Shown: positions 29,960 to 40,781, numbered from the stretch's first letter. The stretch: DNA of 58,756 nt from Planctomycetota bacterium (GCA_036338595.1 JAYZBV010000095.1:1-58756), one strand, 5' to 3'. The notes: generated from the sequence alone by a model not told the origin. Numbers and translations are program-made.

Positions 29960-30172
29960 TTGAGTCCCAAAACTCCGGATGACAACGATTCTGGTCACGA
30001 TACGGTGCGCTGGGTCTGTGCAGTGATCTCGTTATTGCTGCTGGGCTTCGGCATTCATCTTCTGACCGGCGGCAGCACCGGGGACTCCTTGCGCGACTCG
30101 CCATGGCCATACCTGGCACTCGGGGCGATGCTGGCGGTGCGGGCACTGGTGCCGCGTCCACCCTCAACCTGA
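29960..30172 (+). CDS. Small 2-TM membrane protein
   Basis: Two hydrophobic segments, fills the operon gap; TTG start. Confidence 0.5.
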   Translation: MSPKTPDDNDSGHDTVRWVCAVISLLLLGFGIHLLTGGSTGDSLRDSPWPYLALGAMLAVRALVPRPPST

Positions 30173-30212
30173 TGCGACTCACACCTGACGAGGCCGCCCC
30201 GACAGCCGTAAC

Positions 30213-31769
30213 ATGACCGGTATGAAAGCCGTGATCCTGACACCCCTGCTGGCTCTGATCGGTTCGATCTGCTGCAGCGAGTCGCTGCTGGCGGTACCGG
30301 TCGATGCTGGGCCCCCCAACATCCTCTTCTTCATCGTCGACGATCTCGGCTGGCAGGACACCTCATTGAAACTGCACCCGCAAGGGCCGCCACACCGCGA
30401 TGCCTACCGAACACCGCAGTTGCAACGACTCGCCGCCGAGGGGATCACCTTCACCGATGCCTATGCTTCTTCTCCGGTGTGCACGCCGACTCGCACCAGT
30501 GTCATGACCGGTCGATCACCGCAGCAGAACCAGATCACCTACTGGATCCTGCACGAGGATCAAGACACGGGTCGGCCTCGGGAGGGTACGACTCCGCCCC
30601 GATGGAACGTCAACGGGCTTCAACCCGAAGACGTGACCTTGCCCCGGCTGCTGCAAAAAAACGGCTACCACACCATCCATGCCGGCAAGGCACACCTCGG
30701 CGCCAAGGGCACGCAGGGGGAAGACCCTGAAAATCTCGGTTTCGATGTCAACATCGGCGGTCATGGTGCCGGTGGTCCTGCCGATTACCGTGGCCAGCGT
30801 GCTTTTGCCAAGGACCCGGCGAACCCCGGAAAATCAGTCTGGGACATACCTGGACTGGAGAAATACCACGGCCAGCAGATCTACCTGACGGAAGCTCTGG
30901 CTCTCGAATCGGTGGCAGCGATTCACGATGCCCACAACAAGGGGAAACCGTTCTTCCTGCACTTCTCTCCCTACGCTGTCCACGCTCCCATCATCGCAAA
31001 CCAGCGCTGGATCGATCGCTACTCGAAACTGCCGCCGAAGGAGGCCGCCTACGCGACGATGATCGAGACGGTCGATCGCGCCCTGGGCACACTGCGCAAG
31101 GCGCTGGAGGATCTGGAGATTCTCGACGACACCATCATCATCTTCACCAGCGATAACGGTGGCCTGTCGGCTCACGCTCGCGATGGCAAAGCGCACACCC
31201 ACAATCACCCGCTCAACAGTGGCAAGGGCTCGGCGCTGGAGGGGGGCACGCGAGTGCCGCTGGTGATCCGCTGGCCCGGTACCGTTGACGAGGGACGACA
31301 CACCCGCACGCCCGTGATCAGCCATGATCACTTTCCGACCATCTTGCAGATGGTCGGAATCGAGTGCCCGCCCGAGCATCTCGCCACCGTCGAAGGCACC
31401 AGCCTGGTGCCGCTGCTCAACGGAGATGAGCAGGCCATCGACCCTGGCCGGGCTCTCTTCTGGCACATGCCTCACTTCTGGGGTCCACGAGGGCCGGGCA
31501 TCTTGCCTTTCAGTTCGATACGCCAGGGCCCCTGGAAGATGATCTATTACCATCATCCGACTCCGAAACGAGTTCTCTATCACCTCGGCGATGACCTGTC
31601 CGAGAAGAGCGACGTCGCCTCTGAACACCCCGAGGTGCTGGCGGTGATGTCTGAACTTCTCGGCGAACACCTGCGTGCGGTGTCGGCTGGAATGCCAGCT
31701 CGTGCGGGCAAGATGATCCCTTATCCCGATCGTCTGGTGACGAAGGAAGTCAAGTCCGACGAAAATTGA
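30213..31769 (+). CDS. Sulfatase (Cys-type)
   Basis: PNILFFIVDDLGWQD, CTPTR, GKAH, TSDNGG, GKGS..EGG.RVP. Confidence 0.92.
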   Translation: MTGMKAVILTPLLALIGSICCSESLLAVPVDAGPPNILFFIVDDLGWQDTSLKLHPQGPPHRDAYRTPQLQRLAAEGITFTDAYASSPVCTPTRTSVMTGRSPQQNQITYWILHEDQDTGRPREGTTPPRWNVNGLQPEDVTLPRLLQKNGYHTIHAGKAHLGAKGTQGEDPENLGFDVNIGGHGAGGPADYRGQRAFAKDPANPGKSVWDIPGLEKYHGQQIYLTEALALESVAAIHDAHNKGKPFFLHFSPYAVHAPIIANQRWIDRYSKLPPKEAAYATMIETVDRALGTLRKALEDLEILDDTIIIFTSDNGGLSAHARDGKAHTHNHPLNSGKGSALEGGTRVPLVIRWPGTVDEGRHTRTPVISHDHFPTILQMVGIECPPEHLATVEGTSLVPLLNGDEQAIDPGRALFWHMPHFWGPRGPGILPFSSIRQGPWKMIYYHHPTPKRVLYHLGDDLSEKSDVASEHPEVLAVMSELLGEHLRAVSAGMPARAGKMIPYPDRLVTKEVKSDEN

Positions 31770-31784
31770 AGGAGAGAGTGGTCG

Positions 31785-32060
31785 CTACTTGGGTGGCTGC
31801 AGCAGACCCGCATCGATGAGGGTGCGGTAGGCACCCTTCTTCGAGATGGTCTTGAGCGCCCTGACGCTCAATCTGACGCGCACGAACTGTTCCAGCTCCG
31901 GCACCCAGATGCGTTTCTTCTGCAGGTTCACCTTGAAGCGACGCTTGGTGAGTCCTGTGATCTTGGTGCCAACTCCACCGAGGTACTTGGCCTTACCACG
32001 GGTGGCTTTTCGGTTTCCCGATCGGGTTCCGGCTCCAGTGATCTGGCATCGACGCGCCAT
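31785..32060 (-). CDS. rpmB: 50S ribosomal protein L28
   Basis: MARRCQITG...GN...TKRRFKVNLQKKRIW...LSVRALKTI; RGKAKYLGGVG insertion typical of PVC bacteria. Confidence 0.95.
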   Translation of the reverse strand: MARRCQITGAGTRSGNRKATRGKAKYLGGVGTKITGLTKRRFKVNLQKKRIWVPELEQFVRVRLSVRALKTISKKGAYRTLIDAGLLQPPK

Positions 32061-32584
32061 CGGCTCGGTCCTGTCCATCCGCCGGGGAGGGTTGGGTCCC
32101 CGGTCATTTACATTTTCTGACTGCTGCAGCTGCCCGGAAGGACTCATCCATTCCAGGCATCATCGGTGCAAGCACGGAGAGTACCGATCTGCTCAATGAG
32201 GGTCAACCGAACTGCGAGCCCACTTCACCTATACAACCCCTGCCCGAGCATGGATTTGGAGATACAGGCACCGCTACGAAGAGTCGGTGCCGGTTGCTCT
32301 CCGCAGACCAGAGTGCGGCCACCAGCCAAGCCTCTAATACCTTACGAATAAAGGACTTACGGGCAAGCCCATCGGCCATCCGGGAGTCGGGATGGCTATC
32401 TTGGTGGTGCGAGGATGTTGCTGACAGGGACCATCGGCCCGGCATACGGAGCCGCTTGCGGTTCCTCTCTACCCCTTCAGCACATTCTCGTGTTTTCAAC
32501 TCCTCACCAGAGACCTACGGCTCCCATCTGGACCCGTGCCATCCATCCGACATCATGCATTTCACTCGGGGGAGGAGCATCGCA

Positions 32585-33802
32585 ATGAACATCGATGACC
32601 TGAAGAAAATTTTCTTTCACGCCCTGGTCCTGATCGGACTGATGTCGATCGTCAGTTGTCAGGGCCCGGGAGCATGGATCACTGAAGATGATGATGGGAT
32701 GGGACCAGCCGTGACCGATGGAATCGTGGTAGAGCCGTGGGGACAAATCGACGGGGTCAATGTCCAGCGCTTCACACTCGATAACGGAAGGATGAGAGTC
32801 CGCATCATCGACTACGGAGCCACGGTGACCGAGTGTCTGGTGCCCGGGGCGAATGGAGAGCTCACCGACATCGTGCTCGGCTTCGACGATCTGACGGGGT
32901 ACCTGGAACGTAGTCCCTACTTCGGTTGCATCGTCGGGCGCTGTGCGAATCGCATCGACGGTGGACTCTTCACGCTGGATGGAAACGAGCACTCTCTCGC
33001 GACCAATAATGGCGAACATCATCTTCACGGTGGCGTGAAGGGCTTTGACAAGCACATCTGGAGTGCGAGACCCATCAGCAGTGACGATGGGATGGGTATC
33101 GAGATGGTGCTGACCAGTGCTGACGGCGACGAAGGCTATCCAGGCCAGGTCGATGCATCGGTGCGCTACATCCTGACCACAGACGATGTTCTACGCATCG
33201 AGATGTCCGCACAGACGGATCGCTCGACACCTGTGAATCTGGCGCACCACTCCTACTGGAATCTGGCCGGCCACTCCTCCGGATCGATGCTCGAACAGGT
33301 TCTGACACTCAATTGCAGCCGCTATACAGCGGGAGAGAACCTGATTCCAACGGGGGAAATCGCCGTTGTGAGTGGCACAGCGCTCGATTTCACATCGGCC
33401 AAGGCGATCGGCACCGATATCGGGGAACTTCCAGGCAGCGGCGACGGCGACCCCGGTGGCTACGACCACAACTTCGTCATCGACGGATTCAGTGTCAAGG
33501 AGGCGGGCGCTCTTCGATTTGCCGCCCGCGCGAGCGATCCCGCCAGTGGCACCGCGATGGAGATCTGGACGGACCAGCCAGGGATCCAGTTCTACAGTGG
33601 CAACTACCTCGATGGAGTCGCTGGCAAGAAGGGTGCGGTGTACCAGAAACACGACGCATTCTGTCTCGAAAGCCAGCTCTGGCCCGATGCGATCAACAAG
33701 CAAGACAACGGCGCCTGGCCCTCCGTGGTCTTGCGTCCCGGAGAGATCTACACGCACGTCATGGAACATCGATTTCACTTTGGCGGGGGGCTTGAACCTT
33801 GA
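32585..33802 (+). CDS. galM: Aldose 1-epimerase (galactose mutarotase), probable lipoprotein
   Basis: GRCANRI, HLHGG, HSYWNL, YDHNF, QFYSGN, FCLESQ; GGAGGAG RBS; N-terminal ...IVSC signal. Confidence 0.92.
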   Translation: MNIDDLKKIFFHALVLIGLMSIVSCQGPGAWITEDDDGMGPAVTDGIVVEPWGQIDGVNVQRFTLDNGRMRVRIIDYGATVTECLVPGANGELTDIVLGFDDLTGYLERSPYFGCIVGRCANRIDGGLFTLDGNEHSLATNNGEHHLHGGVKGFDKHIWSARPISSDDGMGIEMVLTSADGDEGYPGQVDASVRYILTTDDVLRIEMSAQTDRSTPVNLAHHSYWNLAGHSSGSMLEQVLTLNCSRYTAGENLIPTGEIAVVSGTALDFTSAKAIGTDIGELPGSGDGDPGGYDHNFVIDGFSVKEAGALRFAARASDPASGTAMEIWTDQPGIQFYSGNYLDGVAGKKGAVYQKHDAFCLESQLWPDAINKQDNGAWPSVVLRPGEIYTHVMEHRFHFGGGLEP

Positions 33803-34272
33803 TCCGGCATCTTCTCCTGCTGATCGCGCTGGGCAACATCGGGTTCGGTATCTGGGTGATGATCGAACCCCGGATGGTCATCGACCAGATGCTCGAGTGG
33901 CAGGGAAGTGAACCCTACAGCGGCGTGCTTTCCTCCGCTTCCCTGGGAGAGATGCGAGCATTGATGGGAGGCCTGGTGGCGATGCTCGGGGTGGTCACCC
34001 TCAGAGCGCTGTGGAATCCCGCCTATGCCGCCTGGTTACAACCGATGGCGTGGTGTTATCTGGGAACCGCCCTGGCACGTGGCTCCAGCCTGCTTCTCGA
34101 TGGTGGTTCCTTCTCCAGATACACCATCATCAGTGCGGTGGTCGAGGGGGGCACCGCACTGTTACTGGGAGTTCATTCCCAACGAATGCTTCGCGAAGCA
34201 GAGCAAGATTACGATGAAGACGATGAGGAATATGACGATGAGTACGAGGATGAAGATGAGGAGCAGGCATGA
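33799..34272 (+). CDS. DUF4345-like membrane protein with acidic tail
   Basis: EMRA.MGG motif, 4 TM, Asp/Glu-rich C-terminus; 4-bp overlaps with both neighbours. Confidence 0.7.
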   Translation: MIRHLLLLIALGNIGFGIWVMIEPRMVIDQMLEWQGSEPYSGVLSSASLGEMRALMGGLVAMLGVVTLRALWNPAYAAWLQPMAWCYLGTALARGSSLLLDGGSFSRYTIISAVVEGGTALLLGVHSQRMLREAEQDYDEDDEEYDDEYEDEDEEQA

Positions 34273-35624
34273 GCCCACAGCGCAATGACGCCGGTGACGG
34301 CCCCCGAATCGGATCCACAACCGAGATCACCCGTCGCGAGGTGTTACGCCGAGGAGCCACTGCCACCGCTGCTCTGGGGTTGTTCCACATCGTACCGGCT
34401 CATGTCCTCGGCGGACCCGGGCGGGTCGCTCCCAGTGACACCATCACTCATGGCATCATCGGATGCGGTGGCATTAGCAGAAGCGGTGCACACATTCGCC
34501 CCAACAGAGAAGGATCCACCCCGACGACCCTGGCACTATGCGATGTCGATGCCCACCGGCTCGCCGACGGACTCAAACATGCCGGTGGAAAATGCAGTGG
34601 GTACAGCGACTGGCGCCAGATGCTCGATCGAACCGACATCGATGTGATGCACATCTGCACGCCTCCCCACTGGCACGCTCTGATGAGCGTGGCGGCGGCA
34701 CGAGCGGGCTTCGATGTCTGGTGTGAAAAACCGATGAGCCGAACCATCGACGAGGGGATCCAGGTCGTCGAAGAGATCGAACGGACCGGAGCCGTGTTCC
34801 GCCTCAACACCTGGTTTCGCTTCGAGGGCGGTCTGTACGGCCTCGGTGCCGATGCCCGCCGCGTCAAGAAACTGGTCCAGTCCGGTCGTCTCGGGGGACC
34901 ACTTCGAGTTCGCGTCAGTCCAGACACGGGGTTCGCCTGGAAGATGTTCTGGGTCGGAAAACCACGACTGGCCCCCAAACCAGTGCCCGACCACTTCAAT
35001 TACGATGCATGGTTGGGCCCTGCACCCTTCAAACCCTACACGGCACACCGCACACACGGCTCCTTTCGCGGCTACTGGGACTACGACGGTGGGGGACTCG
35101 CCGACATGGGTCAGCACTACCTCGATCCGGTGCAGTGGATCCTCGATAAGGACCACACCTCCCCCTCGGAGATCAGTGCCATCGCTCCGTGGCCGCAGCA
35201 TCCGGACTCGTGCGGTCCGTGGGGCAAGGTGATGTTGAAGTACCAGGATGGAACCGAATTGATCCTGGAATCGAGAGAGTGGGGACCGAAGGACGCTGAG
35301 GGATTGCCCTACATCGAAGGCCCCAAGGGCAAGTTGTTTCGCGGTATGCGCACCGAACCTGCAGACCTGATGGAAGGTATCGACGATCTGCCCGATCCGC
35401 CCCAGGTGGGTCCCACCAACTTCGATGAATCGGTGCGAACCCGCCAGCGCTTCGCGCTCAACGAATCGAACGGTCATCGCTCGTGCAGCCTCGTCAATCT
35501 GGCCAACATCTCGATTCGAACCGGACGCAAACTACAGTATGACCCGGTCGGGCAGACCTTCCCCGGCGATGAAGAAGCGAATCGACTGATCCGTCAGCCG
35601 ATGCGAGCGCCCTGGCGAATCTGA
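34269..35624 (+). CDS. Tat-exported Gfo/Idh/MocA family oxidoreductase
   Basis: TRREVL twin-arginine signal, IIGCGG, CTPPHWH, CEKP, DMGQHYLD, R.PWRI end. Confidence 0.92.
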   Translation: MSPQRNDAGDGPRIGSTTEITRREVLRRGATATAALGLFHIVPAHVLGGPGRVAPSDTITHGIIGCGGISRSGAHIRPNREGSTPTTLALCDVDAHRLADGLKHAGGKCSGYSDWRQMLDRTDIDVMHICTPPHWHALMSVAAARAGFDVWCEKPMSRTIDEGIQVVEEIERTGAVFRLNTWFRFEGGLYGLGADARRVKKLVQSGRLGGPLRVRVSPDTGFAWKMFWVGKPRLAPKPVPDHFNYDAWLGPAPFKPYTAHRTHGSFRGYWDYDGGGLADMGQHYLDPVQWILDKDHTSPSEISAIAPWPQHPDSCGPWGKVMLKYQDGTELILESREWGPKDAEGLPYIEGPKGKLFRGMRTEPADLMEGIDDLPDPPQVGPTNFDESVRTRQRFALNESNGHRSCSLVNLANISIRTGRKLQYDPVGQTFPGDEEANRLIRQPMRAPWRI

Positions 35625-35645
35625 AGTTCGAGCGGGTGTCCTTTG

Positions 35646-37274
35646 CTATCGGTTCAACGGCCAGGGTTTGACCTGAGCACGCTGGGCCCACTGCTGATAA
35701 CTACTCTGCAGCGCATTGACCAGTTGCGGTTTCTGACCTGCGAGGTCATGGAGCTCGGTGCGATCTGCCACCATGTCGAACAGTTGCCACGGTCGGTTGT
35801 GACGGGCCACCAGTTTCCAGCGACCCAGCCTCACGGCCCGATTGCCCTCGTGTTCCCAGAAGATGGGACGTTCGGTGGCGGGCTGCCCCGCGAGAATCGG
35901 CAGTAAACTCACGCCCTCGATCGGCTGCATGGCGATTCCATCCAGCGCCGTGACCGCTGTCGCCTGTGCCGCATCGAGACAGGTCGAGACCAGATCGATG
36001 ACATGACCGGGTCCATCGTGAATCACCCCCTTGCCCTGTAATCCTGCTGGCCAGTGTGCGATCAGCGGTGACGAGATGCCTCCCTCGTGGACATGGTGCT
36101 TGTAGAGCAGAAAAGGAGTGTTGGAGGCGTTCGCCCACGGCAATCCGTAACTCTGGTAGGTCACCTCCGGACCCGGCAGCATCTTCGGGTTGTTACCATT
36201 TTTCACATCGCGACCGTCACGGGTTTTTTCAGGGATGGTCAGGCTCTTCCAGCCGGAGGTGATCTCTTCGGCACAACCGCCATTGTCGGCCAGAAACAGC
36301 AGCAAGGTGTTCTCCAGTCGACCCTGCGCCTTCAGTGCGGCAACGATACGGCCGATGCCGCGATCGAGTTGTTCGACCTGGGCGGCGTAGACCTCCATGC
36401 GCCTCTCTTGCCATGGATGGTCCGGCGTCTCTTGCCAGCTCTTGATGCGAGAATCACGAGGCGATAGATCCCACGCCGCATCGATCAATCCCATGTCACG
36501 CTGACGCTTCAGTCGCGCTTCTCGCATCGCATCCCAACCGTCGCGATAGCGCCCCTTGACCCTCTCGATGTCAGCGGGGCGAGCGTGGAGCGGCCAGTGA
36601 GGAGCGGTGTACGCCACATACATGAACATCGGAGCCGCTTTACTATGGGATGCATTCTGCTCGATGAACTTTGCGGCTTCTTCGCTGATGGCATCGGTGT
36701 AGTGGTAGTCCCCTTCAGGAGCCGGGAGGTAACGTTCGCCCCGGGTCAATGAAACCGGATCGTAGTAGGAACCACCGCCGTGTATGGTGCCAAAGAAGTG
36801 TTGAAAGCCCCGGTCGATGGGCCAGTTGGTTCTCTTTTTCGGCTCGATACGTTGCTTTGCCTTGCCCAGATTGTGTGTGACATGCCACTTGCCCGACATG
36901 TAGGTGCGGTAGCCGGCAGCAGTCAGGTGTTCAGCGATGGTCGCCGTCGTCGGTGACAGTTCGCCTCGATATCCCGACGATCCGCCGTCGTACACCATGT
37001 GACCGACACCCGCCTGGTGGGCATAGAGACCGGTCAACAATGAGGCACGCGTCGGGCAGCAACGAGCCGTGTTGTAGAACTGGCTCAAACGAACACCGCC
37101 GGCGGCCAGTTCATCGAGATTCGGAGTCTCGATTTCGCCGCCGAAACATCCGATATCGGACCAGCCCATGTCGTCAGCCATGATGACGATGATGTCGGGT
37201 CTTGCTGGCTGAGAAGCGGACAAATCCAATACCGGCAAGATACTCAACAAGCAAATTGTCATCAGATGATTCAT
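35646..37274 (-). CDS. Arylsulfatase (Cys-type)
   Basis: IMADDMGWSD, RCCPTRASLLTG, GKWH, ADNGG, EGGISSP. Confidence 0.93.
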   Translation of the reverse strand: MNHLMTICLLSILPVLDLSASQPARPDIIVIMADDMGWSDIGCFGGEIETPNLDELAAGGVRLSQFYNTARCCPTRASLLTGLYAHQAGVGHMVYDGGSSGYRGELSPTTATIAEHLTAAGYRTYMSGKWHVTHNLGKAKQRIEPKKRTNWPIDRGFQHFFGTIHGGGSYYDPVSLTRGERYLPAPEGDYHYTDAISEEAAKFIEQNASHSKAAPMFMYVAYTAPHWPLHARPADIERVKGRYRDGWDAMREARLKRQRDMGLIDAAWDLSPRDSRIKSWQETPDHPWQERRMEVYAAQVEQLDRGIGRIVAALKAQGRLENTLLLFLADNGGCAEEITSGWKSLTIPEKTRDGRDVKNGNNPKMLPGPEVTYQSYGLPWANASNTPFLLYKHHVHEGGISSPLIAHWPAGLQGKGVIHDGPGHVIDLVSTCLDAAQATAVTALDGIAMQPIEGVSLLPILAGQPATERPIFWEHEGNRAVRLGRWKLVARHNRPWQLFDMVADRTELHDLAGQKPQLVNALQSSYQQWAQRAQVKPWPLNR

Positions 37275-37423
37275 GAAGTACACCTCTCGCGATTTGACTG
37301 CGCTTGTTCCTTGAGAAAAGTAGCCAGATTGGAATTCATTCCGTATTCCCAATAACTTGAATTATGCTAATTTTCCGTGACCAGGTTACCCACGCCAAAT
37401 TTCAAAGTGAACTCGAGGAACAA

Positions 37424-39346
37424 GTGAAACCGGGCAGCAAGGTACCATCCACTTCTGTACTCATCAGTTTCCTGATGAGTATGTTCGTTCTTGTTGGTCC
37501 ATCAGAGAACAACATTGGGTTACATCATCCAGTCTATTCCCAGGATCCTCCTCCAGTGCCATCTGTCGAGGACGATGACCTTCTGGCTGATGATCTATTG
37601 TTGCCCGAGAAGCCTTCAGAAAATACACCTGACCACCAAACGGACATCGACACTTCTCGTGAAGCTCACGGTGACCTCTTCGCAAATAGCGATTTTCCCT
37701 CGGCAGACGAATGTGCCAGCTGCCATCCCAAGCAATACCGGGAATGGTCCGTTTCCCAGCACGCATACTCTCAATTGAGTCCGTTGATGATGTCGATGCA
37801 AATCGCCTTGAATCAGGGCACCAGCTCCACCACCGGAGATTTTTGCGTTCGCTGCCATACCCCCATCGGGTCTGACATCGGCGAAGCCGCCAGCCTCTCG
37901 AACCTCGATCGGCATCCCATCTCAAGAGAGGGAATCACCTGTGTCGTCTGCCACCGCATGAGCGCTCCCTATCGAAAGGTCGCGGGACGACTGGGTCTCG
38001 ACAGGGGAGACATCTTCGATTCAGTGAAGGGCGCCCGAGGTAATGGCGAATTGAATCGCGTTCTCAGTGACCCAAAATCCTTCCAGGTGAATACAAATCG
38101 CAATGATGTAGGTCGCGCCATCCACGCTGAGGTAGAGAAGTTTCCTGAGCTGGAAGACCCCTCATTCTGCGGAAGTTGCCACGAGGTCTACACCCCCAAC
38201 GGATTCCGTGTACACGAAGTTCTCAGCGAGTATCGAAACTCACCCGCAGCGGCACAGGGAATCTCCTGCAACGATTGCCACATGGGAAAGGAAGAGGGGA
38301 TTTCGTCCGGTTATGAACAAGGCCCCGGCGCCGTGGTGGGAGGAGAAACGACTTCCAACAGGAAGCTGACGAATCACTTCTTTGCAGGGCCTGACTACTC
38401 TCTCATCCATCCGGGTATTTTCCCCATCAACAAACAAGCCAAAGAATTCAAAACGATCTCCGAATGGTTCCTCTTCGAAGTAGACAGCGGATGGGGCACC
38501 GACGAGTTCGAAGACGAATGCCCGGAAGACTTCGCGTTCCCCGAAGCGTGGGATTCCATCGATGATCGATACGACGCACGTGAGATTATCGATGAACAAC
38601 TCGAACTACTCGATTGGGCCAAGCAACAGAGGGTCCAGGTGATGCAGCGAGGCTTCGGTCTTTCCGATATCCGTATCACCTCTGCCAGTAAGGAGGGTAT
38701 CGAATTCGAACTCGATGTGAAAAACCTCTCCAACGGACACAATCTTCCCGCCGACAAGATCGGCAGGCTGTTTGTCCTTCAGGTCGAAGTCAAAGATTCA
38801 CAAGGTGATCTCGTTTTCATCTCCGGAGACCGTGACCCTAACGGAGATGTCCGGGATGGATTCTCCCTCTATGTCCGTAACGGCGAGATTCCACTGGATG
38901 AACAACTGTTCAATCTGCAATCAAGAGTGTTGTCAAGAAATGTACGTGGAGGAGAACAGGAACAGGTGCTCACGACCAACAATTCGGTCACTGCCATCCC
39001 GTTCATTCGTCCCGCCTCCAGGCCCAATAACTTTTACGGCCACCCCAAAGGGGTACGAAAACACCGTCGAAGTATCGAGCCTCTTGGGCATCGAACTGCC
39101 GCCTATCGTATCGCAGGGAAATTGCTCTCAGGACGTGGGCCATATTCAGTCAAGGCGCAATTCATCTCTCAATCCGTTCCTGTGAACCTGATTCATCAGA
39201 CGATGCATGTCGGGTTCGAATACGGGCTCTCGCCTCGAGAACTGGCCAAGAAGCTGGTCGAAGGTGCCATCGTGATCGCCGAAAAATCAACGGTGGTAAT
39301 CGTTACAGCAAAGAAGGAAACAGACCTTGATCTCCTCTCAGACTGA
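37424..39346 (+). CDS. Periplasmic pentaheme c-type cytochrome (c554/c552-like heme domain plus C-terminal beta domain)
   Basis: CASCH, CVRCH, CVVCH, CGSCH, CNDCH; hydrophobic N-terminal segment; GTG start after GAGG (ATG 37364 also possible). Confidence 0.88.
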   Translation: MKPGSKVPSTSVLISFLMSMFVLVGPSENNIGLHHPVYSQDPPPVPSVEDDDLLADDLLLPEKPSENTPDHQTDIDTSREAHGDLFANSDFPSADECASCHPKQYREWSVSQHAYSQLSPLMMSMQIALNQGTSSTTGDFCVRCHTPIGSDIGEAASLSNLDRHPISREGITCVVCHRMSAPYRKVAGRLGLDRGDIFDSVKGARGNGELNRVLSDPKSFQVNTNRNDVGRAIHAEVEKFPELEDPSFCGSCHEVYTPNGFRVHEVLSEYRNSPAAAQGISCNDCHMGKEEGISSGYEQGPGAVVGGETTSNRKLTNHFFAGPDYSLIHPGIFPINKQAKEFKTISEWFLFEVDSGWGTDEFEDECPEDFAFPEAWDSIDDRYDAREIIDEQLELLDWAKQQRVQVMQRGFGLSDIRITSASKEGIEFELDVKNLSNGHNLPADKIGRLFVLQVEVKDSQGDLVFISGDRDPNGDVRDGFSLYVRNGEIPLDEQLFNLQSRVLSRNVRGGEQEQVLTTNNSVTAIPFIRPASRPNNFYGHPKGVRKHRRSIEPLGHRTAAYRIAGKLLSGRGPYSVKAQFISQSVPVNLIHQTMHVGFEYGLSPRELAKKLVEGAIVIAEKSTVVIVTAKKETDLDLLSD

Positions 39347-39392
39347 TAAAGCAGGAGATGGCGAGTTCGCATCACCACCGCATTCGGCCTCG

Positions 39393-40778
39393 ATGGCTCG
39401 AATGAAATCCCGCTATATGCTGATCGTCCTGTTGCTGGTCGCGCAAACCGCCTGGTCACAGGATTCAGACAGTTCCAGTCGATTGCCTGACCACCACATT
39501 CCACTGCTCCCGATGGAAGAACTTCAACCCACGCCTCCCATCCTTGAACTGGGGCCGGGCCTGCTGGAAGTGGGTCCACTGGAACGAGGATTTGAATCGC
39601 CAACAGGAGCGATCTGGCGCCCCTCATTCTGGGTGTACGGAAATCTACGTACCGGTGTCAATGTGGTCGACCCTCCCGGCAACGGAAATCGCATGATCGA
39701 ATGGGCCCATCAAATTGAACTATTTGGAAACCTGCAACTCACAGGTACTGAACGAATTCTTGTCGGCATCGAGCCATTACAAGACCGGGGACAGTTCACC
39801 CGCTACACAATGGAACCGGACTCAGATATCGGTTGGCATGACCAAACAAACCTCGACATCACTACTCTCTTCTTTGAAGGAGAATTGAGTGAGCTGTTTC
39901 CTGGCCTCGACAAGAAAAGTCGCGGGCAGTTCGATTACGGTTTCAGTATCGGACGTTGGGAAGTGGACCTGCAAGATGGGATCCTGGTCGACGACAGGAT
40001 GGACGCTATTGGTGTCACCAAATTCTTTTCGGTGCCCAACACGTCGATGATGCGCCTCAGCGTCATCTACGGCTGGAATGAGATGAATCGAAACAACAAT
40101 CAACTTGTCGATGAATCTCGCTTTTTTGCCATTTCAACTGAAACAGATACTTTCTCCAGCACCATCGATGCAGATCTGATTGTCGTCGATGCGCCGGTTC
40201 TCGAGGGTGGCGATGGAATCTATGCGGGATTGGGACTCTCCCGGAGAATCCAGAAGTGGGGACGCACCTGGAACACCACTGTCCGATGGTGTGCCTCTCA
40301 TGCCGAGGAAGAAGACAACCCGATAGTCAGCGATGGAATGATAATATTTGCTGAGGCCTCAACGACCCCATACGGTACAGATGACATCGCGTACGGCACC
40401 TTGTTTCTCGGTATCGACGAATTCACTTCTGCTGCCAGAGGCCCCACCAGGGGTGGACCTCTCGGAAAAGCGGGCTTGCTTTTCGCCGCAGCGGGACTGG
40501 GTAGTTTTCCAGCAGCACTGGGCAATGGTGCAGATCGATCATTTGGAGGTGCCCTTGGATATCAGTGGATCATGACCGGAGGTCGAACCAACTTCAGCGT
40601 AGAGTTAGGAGCTCGGGCACCCACTGAAGGGAATGATGTGGCGACAGGTGCCATCGGAGTGCGGTACCAGAAGAAACTAACCGATCGGATAATGCTCCAA
40701 TGCGATGGTTACTCGAAATTGGAAGAGGATGGTGATAGTGGAAACGGTATTCGTACCGAAATCCTGGTCAGGTTCTGA
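39393..40778 (+). CDS. Putative outer-membrane beta-barrel (porin-like)
   Basis: Signal peptide (AQTAWS), alternating amphipathic beta strands, C-terminal Phe (EILVRF). Confidence 0.7.
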   Translation: MARMKSRYMLIVLLLVAQTAWSQDSDSSSRLPDHHIPLLPMEELQPTPPILELGPGLLEVGPLERGFESPTGAIWRPSFWVYGNLRTGVNVVDPPGNGNRMIEWAHQIELFGNLQLTGTERILVGIEPLQDRGQFTRYTMEPDSDIGWHDQTNLDITTLFFEGELSELFPGLDKKSRGQFDYGFSIGRWEVDLQDGILVDDRMDAIGVTKFFSVPNTSMMRLSVIYGWNEMNRNNNQLVDESRFFAISTETDTFSSTIDADLIVVDAPVLEGGDGIYAGLGLSRRIQKWGRTWNTTVRWCASHAEEEDNPIVSDGMIIFAEASTTPYGTDDIAYGTLFLGIDEFTSAARGPTRGGPLGKAGLLFAAAGLGSFPAALGNGADRSFGGALGYQWIMTGGRTNFSVELGARAPTEGNDVATGAIGVRYQKKLTDRIMLQCDGYSKLEEDGDSGNGIRTEILVRF

Positions 40779-40781
40779 TCG

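Noticed and set aside
34200..34268. GAT/GAG-rich low-complexity repeat
   Set aside because: Simply encodes the acidic tail of the membrane protein
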